Assembly: GCA_976551045.1 (NCBI GenBank) | Contig: CDPCPM010000023.1 | Span: forward strand, 9,734,001 to 9,798,000 | Reading direction: 5' to 3' | From: Glaucostegus cemiculus | Lineage: Eukaryota | Length of the DNA: 64,000 nucleotides | Shown here: positions 37,371-48,670 of the stretch, in pieces | Position numbering within the stretch: the first letter of the stretch is position 1 | Layout of the letters: every line of letters begins with the position of its first letter | Notes under the pieces: generated by a model | The model's database searches: none | Seen by the model: the letters and a program-made list of their open reading frames with translations, nothing else | What the model was told of the DNA's origin: nothing | Program-made: the position numbers and the translations under genes

Positions 37371-38284
37371 CTCTACCTTGTTTAACCTCAGTGATTTCTG
37401 TTTTCCTTCAGTAACGTGATGCTCAATACTTGCTTCCACAACCGTATCTCTTTCCTGAATAAACATCTCCATCGCTGATTATCCCACATTGATTTCAACT
37501 GAAAATCCACCCAGGATCACTGATATATTCAAACTATCCAGCATCTCTCAAAGCAGCGTTCTCATCACATTGTGAGATCCACACTAATGCCATGCGTCAG
37601 CACATGAATGCTCTTGACCTCTGCAAACTTTATCTCAAAGATGTCGGCGCATATTTGCACGTTATTTATCACCACATTTGGTGCTACAGCTACAACTGTT
37701 TTCCCTTCTTTGAGACAGCAAAGATAGAAAGCTCCAACAGCTCTTGAATTCCAATATTCTACTGGATCTTTATGCCCCATCATCTTCCTCTCACCACATC
37801 CATCTCCCCAGTTCCCATTCCTGTCATGTTTGCAGAATCCCTTCTGGTCATCCCGTCTCTGATCCCAAGTGATCAGTCCTCAGCAGAGGCCTTAGCTTCA
37901 TTTCCCTGACTGGCACGTAAAAAGTTAATGTGGATCTGGATGTTAGTATTATTTCGCTTGTCATCTGAATTCCCTTAATAGTGTGTTGTAACTTATAAAG
38001 AGCCATTTTTGTGAGGGCTATAATTGAGATTTCAAGGGCGAGGCTGTCTGGGGCTGGTGCAGTGTAATTTCACTAGGGTGCGAACGGTTCATTTTTCTCT
38101 ATTGTGGGTTTTGAGTTTAGGATACAATTTTTTTTGAAGCTAGAAAACTGTAGGTTCATTTGGGTATACTCTGACTTAAAATTGATGTAAAAGAGGGAAC
38201 AACAAATCAGCTGCCTGTTTTACAATTCTCCCAAGGTCAAGATCAAACCCTCTATCATTTTTTGAAGACATTTATTACAGTGAA

Positions 38285-39720
38285 CATACGAGCATACATA
38301 TTAAGAGCAGGAGCAGGGCACTTGACCCCTTGAGACTGTGCCACCATTTAATAAGGTCATGGTTAATTTGATTGTAACCCCAACTCCACATTCACATTGA
38401 TACCCAGTAACTTTTCGCCCTGCGCTTATTAAGAATTTGTCTACCTCTGCCTTAAAGATCTCCAAAGATGCTGCCTCAATTACTCATTTAGATTCAGTAC
38501 CCTCTGAGAGCAGAAGTTTTTCTTCATCTCTGTCTCAAATGGGCCGCCTCACAACTTTAAACAGTGATCCCAAGTTCTAAATTTTCTCACAAGAGGACCC
38601 CTCCTCTCCACACCCATCTTGTTAATTGTCAGGATTTAATATCCAATCATGGTCCTTTCTCACTCTTCTAAACTCCACTGGTCACAAACCCAGTCTGTCT
38701 AACCTTTCCTCATAACACAACCCATCCACTGCAAGAACTAATTCAAAAACGTTCTCTGAATTTCCTTCAAAGCATTTACATTCTTTCTTAGATAAGGAAA
38801 CCAGGGCTGAAGGATAACTTTGATAGAGGTATACAAAATATTAAGAGGAATAGATAGAGTAGACAGCCAGCACCTCTTTCCCAGGGCACCAATGCTCAGT
38901 ACAAGAGGGTGTGGCTTTAAAGTAATGGGTGGGAAGTTCAAGGGAGATGTCAGAGGGAGGTTTTTCACCCAGAGGGTGGTTGGTACATGGAGTGTGCTGT
39001 CTGGGGTTGCGGTGGAGGCAGATACGTTGGCCAAGTTCAAGAGATTGTTAGGTAACCACAGGGAGGAATTTAAAATAGGGGGATATGTAGGAGGAAGGGG
39101 TTAGATAGTCTTAGGCGTGGTTTAAAGGTCAGCACAACATTGTGGGCTGAAGGCCTGTATTGTGCTGTATAGTTCTATGGTTCTATAACCTCCCTACTTT
39201 TGCCTTTAATTCTCCAATCAATAAACAATAACGTTCTGTTAACCCTCCTATTTGCTTTCTCTTCATGCATGCCAGCTTTTTGTGAATAATGCACGAGGGC
39301 ACCCAGATCCTTCTCCATCTCCAGGATCTGCAGCCTCTCACCATTTAGATTATACACATCCTTTTATTTTTCTTGCTAAGATTAACAATTTTGCATTTTC
39401 CCACATTATACTCCTTGCCAGATCTTTGCCCATTCGCTTAATCTCTCTGTGTCCCCTTGTAGCTTCCTGACTTTGTCTTCACAGCTTACTCTGCTGTCTA
39501 CCTTTGTGACATCAGCCAATTCAGCAACCATACCTTTGCTGTCTTCATCCATTTAAATAGATCGCAAAAAGGTGTTCCCCCATCTCCTGTGACATGCCAC
39601 TCATTACGTCTTGCCTACAAGAAAGAGACACACTTATTCATACTCTAGGTTTCTTGTTAGCCACGCAAACCCCATATCCATTCCTAAATATTGCATTGTA
39701 AAACATGAGCTTTTATTTTC
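38285..39720 (-). mobile_element. Old CR1 fragment (-) interrupted by a younger CR1 3' fragment (+, ~38805-39187)
   Basis: Outer piece YNLNGERLQILEMEKDLGALV; inner piece IEVYKILRGIDRVDSQHLFP..FFTQRVV with a TTCTATGG tail. Confidence 0.8.
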
Positions 39721-40327
39721 CATAACCTGCCCATTCTATTAAACATTCCCTGAGCTGACAAAATGAAGTATTTGCTGCATTGATGGTCTGCTGTATCATA
39801 GTTTGCCTGTGCTGTGTTGTAGTCATCCGTCTGTGGTTCTGGAAGGGATGAGGACACTGGACCTCACACTTCTCCTTGCAATGCCTGCTATGTACTTCCC
39901 AAGGGCTCGTCCCACTGGAACATTAGAAAACCCGCAATGCCTTCCCCTCTGGAATGTCACAGTTTAGCCTAAGCTTCATGTTCTTTTCAGCCTCTTTACA
40001 GAGGCCATCTTCACTACTTTGGCTCCACGTCCTGTTCCTCCACTTGAAGAGCTTAAGAAGTGCCAATAAACATTCAATGAGTCATCAGCTTTCTGCTCCT
40101 ACCACAGTGCTGTGTGACTCTATGACTCTAGAATCAAATCAGCTCTTACTAAAGTCACAAACTACAACAGACGCGGCTGTCACAAAAGGTAAGCCGTCCC
40201 TCCACATTCTTCTTGACCTGAGCCCTTTGACACAGTTGAGGGCACATCCTCCTCTATACTTCTTTGCCACCGTGCATCCGGATGGGCCATGCTCACCTGT
40301 TTCCATTCTTGCTGTGGTATATTTCTA

Positions 40328-41830
40328 TGTAACTGTGTATGTGCAAAAGACATAATGGTGTTTTCATAGGGAGGGGCGATGCAAGCACACGTGTTAGTTG
40401 TTAGTCTGCAATAACGTGCTCACAAAATGTTCAGTAGCTCCTGATGTCTCCTAGAGATTACTGCAGCTGGTACTCATCACCTCTGCCAGTCTGGCTCGCC
40501 ACATTGCTGTTCTCTCCAAGCACTCTACAACTAGCGATGAGGAGAGTCACAACAACCAGAAAAAAAAACCTCGGGTTGAAGAAGCTCTTCGAAACACCCA
40601 CTGGACTTCCGTGATCAACAGCATTGACCACAGAACCTCAAAACTCTGCAAATGGGAAAAGGAAATGGCTAGGTGTTAAAGTTTTACTTTCTTGATAAGG
40701 ACATTGATAACAGGAGAAGGGAGCACACAGTAGTGAGCAAAGCACTGAGAAGCCTTGAGTGTAGCAGTGTCGCTGCTTGGTGGGAAAAAGAACAAAATGG
40801 CAGCTCGAGTGAAGACAGGATATACAGGCAGCCTACAAATGAGTACTTTGATCTTTCATGATGACAGTGGAAATGCACTTTACCGCTGATAATGTTATCA
40901 AAGTGAAGGACAACATTGGAAGTGCATCGGTACTGAATACTGCTGAAATAGAGTGTAAGGCTATTCTATTGACAAGCATTGGTTCTTAAACCTGTTACAT
41001 GCTTACTAATCCTGTAGCCCCACAGAATGTTAAAGGTTTTTCATTCACTGAAGTGGTGGTGAAATTGAAGGGTCGTGTCAATCCACAGCCATTTGAAATA
41101 TCAAGAAGTTATAAGTTTGGCATGGAGAATCGAAAACCAAGTGAAACAGTCAATGACAACATGGCTGTGGAACATATCCAGATATTCTTAAATTGTATGC
41201 TGAGTGTGGTTTGAATGATGAACAGATTCAGTTCAGCTTGTTAAGCATTTGGTCTTACGTCTGACCTGGCTCCCAAGGATGCAACCACGATGGAAACGGC
41301 AGCTAAAACGCCCAGGACTTTTGTCCATCACCAGGCACAAAATAACAGAGGTTTACAGACAGCAGCAAAAGACTCATTCCTGAAACAAGGTCAGTGCCAT
41401 GTCAGTACAAGCGGTGTGAATTCTTCCAACAGAAGCAATAGCAGCCATTCATCATGTCTGTTCTTTTAAGGCCAAGCATGACATAGTTCAGAGAAAACGA
41501 CATATAGTGACAGCACATAAATCCAAATCCAGAGCAGTACAACCAACGCAACGCTTGCACAGAGCGGAAATTATTCTAATGGGAAAATACAGAGAAGAAG
41601 TCTGCATTATTTGAAATTGATTCACATGAAACAGAATTTGAGATGTATAGCAATTACACCAATCATGGAAATGGCAGAAGGTACTAAGACTTCAAGATAA
41701 AAGTAAGAATGAGATAAAAAAAGATAGAACAGCAGATTGTTCTGTCACCAACAATGGATAATTCAGCCAGTCCAACAGAAAGCATTGTTGAACTTAAGAC
41801 ATACTCTGTTGAAGTACTGAAGTACTAGGT
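40328..41830 (+). mobile_element. Decayed Gypsy 5' portion: candidate LTR 40328-40529, PBS-like site, gag and start of protease
   Basis: Gag-like AILLTSIGS*TCYMLTNPVAP...FTEVVVKLKGRVNPQPFEISRSYKF (40960-41150), METAAK, ELKTYS. A TGT...ACA segment is followed by ACTAGCGATGAGGA, which resembles the TGGCGACGAGG PBS of fish Gypsy elements. Confidence 0.7.
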
Positions 41831-41887
41831 TAAATACAATGCATTATCTGTATCTATCATTCCCACCCTGCCTCCTGTAAGGCCTCC

Positions 41888-42070
41888 ATGAGGTGCCTCT
41901 GAGATGTCTCCCTTCTTTCTCAGCTGTGGTTTCCACTCCAATGTAGTTGACAGAGGTCTTGCCCATATCTCATCAATTTCCTGCAATCCTGCTCTCACCT
42001 CCTCTCCTCCTGAACAGAACAAAGATAGAGTTCCCCTGGTCCTTACTTTCTACCGCACCAGCCTTCGGGA
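41888..42070 (+). mobile_element. Penelope fragment (others ~7415-7745 +, 8380-8700 +, 19400-19740 -, 27775-27880 -, 37790-37970 +, 56555-56665 +)
   Basis: QNKDRVPLVLTFYRTSL; other copies show VLSRGLSF, the C-terminal LRTLQPSGLNVEFNNF, or the terminal repeat GCTGCCTGACCTGCTGAGTTCCTCCAGC. Confidence 0.7.
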
Positions 42071-42559
42071 TCTAGGATTAGGGCCAATGACTAACCAAGG
42101 AAGATGAAAATATAATCGACTAGCATCTGTGATTTGGAGTGGTGGTGAGAGCATTAGGTTGGAGTCAAGGCCTCCATTGTGAACCAGAGTGGATCTTGGG
42201 ATTGGCTGGCTTGGTAATCAGAGAGTCAGTGCACTTGACCCTGTGAGTTTCAATGACACTGGAGTATGGGGAACATTTGTGCTGTCCTGCGACTGGATTG
42301 GGATGGGGTGTGGTAGGAGTGGCACAACGTAATTAATGAGGTTTTAATAACATCCCCTGTCCAGTGGTATGTTGGGAAGACTTAGTTGTTTTAGAAGTTC
42401 CCAGAAATGGACACTGCTAGGAAAGTGTGGTCTGAGTTCAACAGCAGTGCTTCAGAAAGCACACGAGATGGGGAATGGCAATATCCTAAGTGTCCCTCAT
42501 GTGGAAATCAAGGTGCCGTGTCAAACTTCTGGAGTGATTCAAAGTGACATGAAAATGGT

Positions 42560-42861
42560 TGTTATGAATGCTCAACTTATGTAGAACCCTACATATGAAC
42601 GAGCTCCTATAATATTCAATCCAATTCAATTCAGGCTGAAGTACATACAAAAGCTCGTTCCTATGAATGGTAGAACTTGTTTCCTCTCCCCACTTCTAGT
42701 AATTGTTCTTTCTTATCAGTTTTATATTCTTTTGATGCCATTCTTGATAATACTGTGGGACTATGATTACCATAATCGAATGATTTTTGTGTATTTTTCA
42801 ACTTATGGACAAAAATCGACTTATATTGATTAACCCGTTCGTTACCTGGAGACAGCCTGTA
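42560..42861. mobile_element. Tigger/pogo-like MITE relic
   Basis: Right end GTTCGTTACCTGGAGACAGCCTG|TA resembles a pogo/Tigger TIR plus TA target; left TIR decayed. Confidence 0.45.
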
Positions 42862-43505
42862 CTGTGTTTCAGGCTGGAAAAAAAATCAATGTTCAATTGC
42901 ACAATGCTGACAAAAACAGGGTTAATTTTTATTTTCTCAGCATGTAGCTCTAGTTTAGTCAGCTGAATCAGCCTTTACGTTTTTTTTACACCAAAGACAT
43001 ACAACACTCCAGTCTTAAGGATGAGCAGCAGATGAAATGGAAAGGGTTCACTTTAGTCCATCATGACTACACTGGTTGGCATGGAGTCATGATTGTTGAG
43101 ACAGGGCTGAGCTGATGTGGGAGTGTTAAATGTTGATTGTGGTGTAAAATGTTCCGTTCTGCATGAGGGACACACATAATGACCACAAAATACAAAACAC
43201 TGAATCATAGTCATAACAGATAATGTAGAAAACATACAACACTAGAAGTTAATTTGCACAACGTCAAAAATATGATGTTGTACTGCTGAATATTGGGTTT
43301 ACCTGGAACAGATTTAATTTTTTCTCATATTTCAGGATGTTCTAGTGCCATTTGGGAAAGTCATCTCCTCATTTCTCAGTGGGATTTTTGGTCCCTTCAG
43401 CATTTGTTTCCTGGCGTAAAATTTCCCCAAGTTACGTCAAGAGCAGTGCAACATGCAAAACTCACATGCTGTGAATTCTTCAACCTCAATTATCCAAAAG
43501 CTAAT

Positions 43506-46500
43506 GGCCTAGAAATTGGATCACTTTGTATGCACAAATCACAGTTAAATGGAGTTAGCAGAACGTGATAACGCTTGAGCAGTGATTCCCTGGTGAAACT
43601 GTGCCTGTCAGAAAATTGGACCAGAGCGTCCATGATATTTTTGATTTTCAGTCAACACCTAAGGATGACATTATTTGTACAAAGCCTATTTCTGCCCGTG
43701 CAGTTATTACTTGGAGCATTCGTGTGCTACCGACAACTGTCATTGAAGAGTTTCAGTACAACTCGGAGCACATCGTGATAGTATGTTGCTTTTATTTCTC
43801 TTTCAAGTGACACCCTGCTGACATCAGGAGACTTGACTGGGCTGCTTCAGAAGTGACCGCAGGCAGCTCAAAATCATTAAAAGAATGTACTAACAGGAAG
43901 GCTTTCTCCAGCATTTAGCTGCTGAGATATTCAATTGGTGCTTCATTGGTAGCACCAGGCAGCAGTTCTTACCTAGAGGCACTAACCTGGGCATGGCTGG
44001 ACAAATAATGGGTGCCGTGGACACTGGGGGGCAGGAGGCAAGGACTTGTGAATAGCTAACTCCCACAGAGTATTTTGTAATACCACTTCTTACCTGGACC
44101 TCTCAATGAATGTGGTATTCGGATGCTCAGGATTTTCCAAGGGCATAATCACTGAGATTTGTGACGTTCCTTCGATAACATTCTTGTGCTGGGATAGCAC
44201 TCTCCAAGACAGGCAAAGTCACTTTGACTCTCAACTTCACTGCCACAATTTACTGCCGGTTGCCTCATCAGAAAGGTCCACCAGACAGTGTTCAGGAAGG
44301 TAATTCATCAAAGTCAATGTGGTGAGGAGCAAATGGCATCTCAAGTACTGGAATTCTTTGGCATTGACGGCTTCCCACTTGCACGGACAGTCATTGACCA
44401 AATTCATGGGTCCTTAAGGACTCCAGTAAAGAGGCTAGATCTCTTCCTCAACAAGGAAGATTTCCACTCCCACAAAGTGCTATTAGATGTGGGTCATCAG
44501 AAGATTTTCATGAAGTCATAGAGACATAAGCACGGAAACAAAGCCAGTGCCCATCATCAAGTACCCACCTGCACTTATTGTCCTCACATTCCTGTCAACT
44601 CCCCACGGATTCTACCACTTATCTACACATTAGGGACAACATACAGTGGCCAATTAACCTATTAACCCCCCCCATGGCTTTGGGATGTTGGAGGAAACCA
44701 GAGCCTTCGGTGAAAACCCATGCGGTCAAAGGGTGAATGTGCAAACACCATAGGGCCAGACATTTTCTATGGCCAGCGCAGCCCAGAAGGATGGATCCTG
44801 AAGGAGAAGCTGAGTCTTCACCATGGTGTGTTACATGATGTGCAACAGAGCAGTCTGAAGACAGCAGCCAGTGCTGGAGGAAGAGCAGCCGGGAGACTGG
44901 AAGAGGAACAGGGTGATAAACTGCAGGAACAGGAAGGTTACTTAGGGGAGTTCAAGCACAACTCCAACAGTTTCATCTCACAGCAGAGCAGAGGAGGGAG
45001 GCATTGACTCCATCGCTAAAACGGATTCCATGACAGAAAGACGCTTCTGATAAAGAGGCTGCTAAATCATATAGTCCTGGGCAGACAAAGTGACCCTCTC
45101 CAAGCTGCAACCGTTAATAGCAACATAGTTCACCAACAATCAGCCAAGGGAGTCCGGATGACATAATAATCCCTCACATCCTCCTTCACTGGACCACCTA
45201 CACAGATCAGAACAATGAATTAATCCCCAATGAAGTTACTGCAAGGGCTCACTGCAGCTGTTTCCAGTGCAGCTCACCCTGATGTATCTTTTGAGGACAT
45301 GAGGTTTATTTCATCGCTTTATTAACTGGGGATTCACACACCGGAAGGAAAGAGCCAGAGTCATCTCCTGTCAACTCCTCCTGTGGTGGCCTGGGATTGT
45401 CTCCTGGCCTTTTGACTGCATGGGACCTCCCCTCTGATACTTAAGTCGCTGACATGAATATCCAGGTGGCTTTCACTAAATTGAGAGTCTCCTTCCCGCT
45501 CTCCTGCAACTTCCTTCTCCTCCTGGGTAGACATTAGTGTGTGTCGCTACTGCTGAGCTGCCGTGTGGTGTGTGCTGGTGCCCTCCTCAGATTGGTGTGC
45601 AGCAGATTGCTGAGAGACACACTGAACTGAGTGAGGTCCCATTTGAGCCTCTGTTTCTGGGTATAAACCACCATTATGCTCTCTCAAACATCTGTGTAGC
45701 CAACCACATTTTTTGCAGGGCAGAGAATAGGCATTTAGTATCTGTTTATTGCAAAATTAGGACCAAGATCCAGAACAGAGTAAGTAAGCAGTTCTTACTT
45801 ACCCACAGTAACGCCAGACTTTACTGATCCCATTTTCCCTGACACAGCGTCATTTACAGAGTCAACACTGAAATGGCATTCTTCGTCCTCATTTGGACCA
45901 GGGACTCCCTGTGTGCCTGGCTTGCTTTGCCTGTGGAGGTGAGAATGAAAGTCACTCTCTGCTTCCAAGCCTCAGGCTGCAACTACTGATCTGTGCCACG
46001 TCTTCTAGTCTGCTGCTACCGCGGTGCTGCATTAGTGAGGTCAACCAAACCCAGACTGATGGAGAGGAGACTTCATCTAATTTTCCTTCAATGCAGAGTG
46101 GGGGAAGGGGGAGGGTGGAGAAAGGCAGAGAGCCTGCATCGGAAAATTCCCCAAAGTTCAGAGAATGTATGCAGGTCCTTGCAGAGACTTCCCTCGTAAC
46201 CTCCTGCCAGAAACATTCAATGAAAGCCCTGGAGGACCTCTGTGGCCCTCTTGCCCAAAGAACATGCCTTTCACTGTCATGTGTAAGTCCCTCTGACCTC
46301 TTTGGAGCACTCTCCCACTCTTCTCCCATAATTGCAGCATCAGTGCATTTAGTAGCAACACACTGCAGTCACTGGAAGGGCTCTTCTTTGTCTTGTGTTG
46401 AGCTGACTGCAAAGATCACAGCTGCTATACTACATGTAAGGCAGCTGCAAGAACTTGTAACACATGAATTGGAAATATCTTCCTTATACTGACAATTTCA

Positions 46501-47155
46501 GTTTTATGGCAACGTTACACAGGGAAGCCTGATAATAATAGCTCTGTTAGCCTTGTAATTAAGTTCTTGCTCTTTATGTGACTCTCACATTCAGCGTTAC
46601 TGTGACCTGCAGCATCATTGTAATGCCACGAATATGACTTGAAGCAATTCATAGATCCTTATTTCCTACTCTGATTGCATACTGCACCCCATAAAGCGGA
46701 TACCAGCCTACACTAGGTGCAGCACAGGCTCTTCAGAATGATTTTAAGATAGTTAAGATAGTTATTTATTAGTCACATATATGTCAAAACACACAGTAAA
46801 GTGCATCTTTTTGTCTTACTGAGAATGTACTGGGGGCAGCCCACAAGTGTTGCCACTCTTCCGGCACCAATATAGCACGCCCACAGCTCCTAACCCATAT
46901 GTCTTTGGAACGTGGGAGGAAACCGGAGCACCAGGAGGAAACCCACGCAGACACGGGGAGAACGTACAAACTCCTTACAGACAGCGACAGAATTGAACCC
47001 GGGTGGCCGGTGCTGTAATAGTGTTACGCTAACTGATACACTACTGTGCCACGCCTACACTACTGTGCCACTCCTTAGAGAGTTGAGTTACTTTTCCTCA
47101 ACTGCTCTTAGATCCTGAAGCTCAGGATGTGGAACAGTGATCAAAATCTCTGAAG
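43506..47155. mobile_element. Decayed two-gene PIF/Harbinger DNA transposon: DDE transposase (+) and Myb/SANT-like gene (-), interrupted by two SINEs
   Basis: Transposase relic SYLDLS..FSKGIITEIC (44088-44165) and FFGIDGFPLARTVIDQIHGSLRTP..FLNKEDFHSHKVLLDVGHQKIF (44355-44515), resembling HARBI1-type AGFPxVxGAIDxTH..NRKGFHS. Myb-like SAPKRS..ERHVLWARGPQRSSR..WQEVTREVSAR (46175-46320, -). Imperfect terminal repeats CTAGAAATTGGATCACTTTG and AACAGTGATCAAAATCTCTG. Confidence 0.75.
46746..47071 (-). mobile_element. V-SINE, same subfamily, inserted in the Harbinger relic
   Basis: V-domain and tail on the minus strand; 16-bp duplication of the head (TACACTACTGTGCCAC at 47037 and 47056). Confidence 0.85.
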
Positions 47156-47423
47156 ATGTTAGAAGAATTCAATAACTTCGTGTTACGAAGTACAAAAAAA
47201 AAGAGAAAGAGAGAAACAAAACAGGCTGCCGTGCCTCTTTCCTCTCTCTGTCTGTCTGTCTGTCTCTCTCTTTCTCTTTTTTTTATTATGACCTCATCAC
47301 GTTTGTCTTATCTTCTGTTGACGTAATATGTTCTTATAGGTGCACACACACACAAAAAATGTCTGTCTTAAAGGGATATTTGCCAGTAGTAAGCTACTTC
47401 ATAACATTTGATACTGAGAAGTA

Positions 47424-48670
47424 GGCCTGGAAATTACTTTTCTACTTTTTAGATGCACTATGTGCTGTGCTAACACTGTTTGCAAAGGGGTACTTAAAAT
47501 TGCAAATATGGTCTTCATTAAATAGTGTTGTTGGGTTCCCTGTTGTGACAAAGGGCTGTTTCAGCTTTGGTGTTTGCTAATGAACTGATGTGGTTCAATA
47601 TCACTCAGCTGCCAACACTTAGTCATGTAGCTGCAAACTTGGGAGCCAGTCTTTAAAGAGGAACATGCACCACACAGACACCAAGGCTGCAGAAAATGGT
47701 GCTGTGTGATGAATGTTTTCAGCAGGATTTGGAGGGTGGAGCGATTCTGTTCAATAAAAGGAACTTAGAGACTCTGGTGGGGTAGATACCTACAGGAGAG
47801 ATGTACAGTGTGCAAGGGCAGTGTGGAGACCGTCTAAAGCACGAGGGTTGCTTTGGAGGTCTTTACTAGGAGTTAAACTCTTACGTATGCATTGCCCGCG
47901 AGTGCCTGAACTGTCGGAAAACTTGTAATGATAGAAACTATTCCCAGTCTGTATTATCCTCTGGGCTGCAGGAAAATTAGATAGTCTTGAGTATCGAACT
48001 TAGGCGACTCTCATACAGCAGTGACCAGTGAAGATAGCAACGTCATAGGGATGAGCAGCAGCAGCCTGGAACTATCCTGATGCTAGGAAGCTGAGTGCAA
48101 CTGTGACTTTAACTTCCACGGGCAAAGTGATCAGGACGCGTGATGTTAAATTTGATATTGCAGGAGGTCCCAGATTTCAGTGAGAACGCTGTTGTTGAAG
48201 AATGGCCAGTATAGATTTTTCTCCTTGCAGCCATCCAGAAAAAAGTCTTGTGTCCCTATGAACCCTGTGTGGACAAAGTTTCTGGGGCCACCCTTTGGTC
48301 CCACCCATGTGGACCCCATGGATAACTGTGGGAAGCTCGGAGTTTAATGTTCCATTTCCAAGTCATCTAGCAATAGCAGCAAAAGATCAAAGTGGTTACT
48401 CTTTGATTGAAGAAATGTCACTGAAGAGGCTCATTATTAAGTGAACGGTAGCCTGGTAAAAAAAAATGCAGGTTGTGTGTGACTGGTCCTTTAAATGGCA
48501 TGGTTCAAGGGGGTGATCAGGTTAGTAAAAATTAGTTAATCTGTGAGTAAACAAGAACTCAATTTTTAGACCAACAAATTTGAGAAGCACATCAGAATGC
48601 TAAAAGCGAGTGTTGCATGGTAATAGTTGTTGTTGGAGCAAGTTTCACATCAGAACTTCATCTCCAGCAC
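47424..48670 (+). mobile_element. Harbinger-derived non-autonomous element with Myb/SANT-like relic (~47735-47935)
   Basis: Frameshifted FNKRNLETLV / RRDVQCARAVWRPSK..LW / CRKTCND. 48050-48190 and 48520-48570 are homologous to 30300-30450 and 30505-30550. Begins GGCCTGGAAATT, like the terminus at 43506. Confidence 0.65.

Larger units (their letters stand above)
30860..37740 (-). mobile_element. Decayed Gypsy LTR-retrotransposon gag/pol, split by later insertions (pieces ~30860-31072, 31690-32759, 36430-36563, 36851-36890, ~37420-37740)
   Basis: Manual minus-strand translation: RT TINKQIGLYFYTKLPFGIKLPQKVFQLTMDRILQGI (~32240-32355); RNase H LGKEALSIIFGVNKFYYLLPGRSFTWVTEHKSLL and AASRMQRLVILLSQCDY (30880-31070); protease-region LKTYSGQQLELPII and NWLRKLKFHW (36445-36560). 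Many stops and frameshifts. The rightmost piece is the least certain. Confidence 0.85.

Noticed and set aside
45893-46492. 199-aa plus-strand ORF
   Set aside because: Antisense to the Harbinger Myb relic, TTG start, no recognisable domain.
47172-47191. ATAACTTCGT-GTT-ACGAAGT palindrome resembling loxP arms
   Set aside because: Arms are incomplete and there is no 8-bp spacer; most likely a chance short palindrome.
47194-47284. 20-bp inverted repeat of A/G- and T/C-rich tracts
   Set aside because: Low-complexity sequence, so complementarity is expected by chance.
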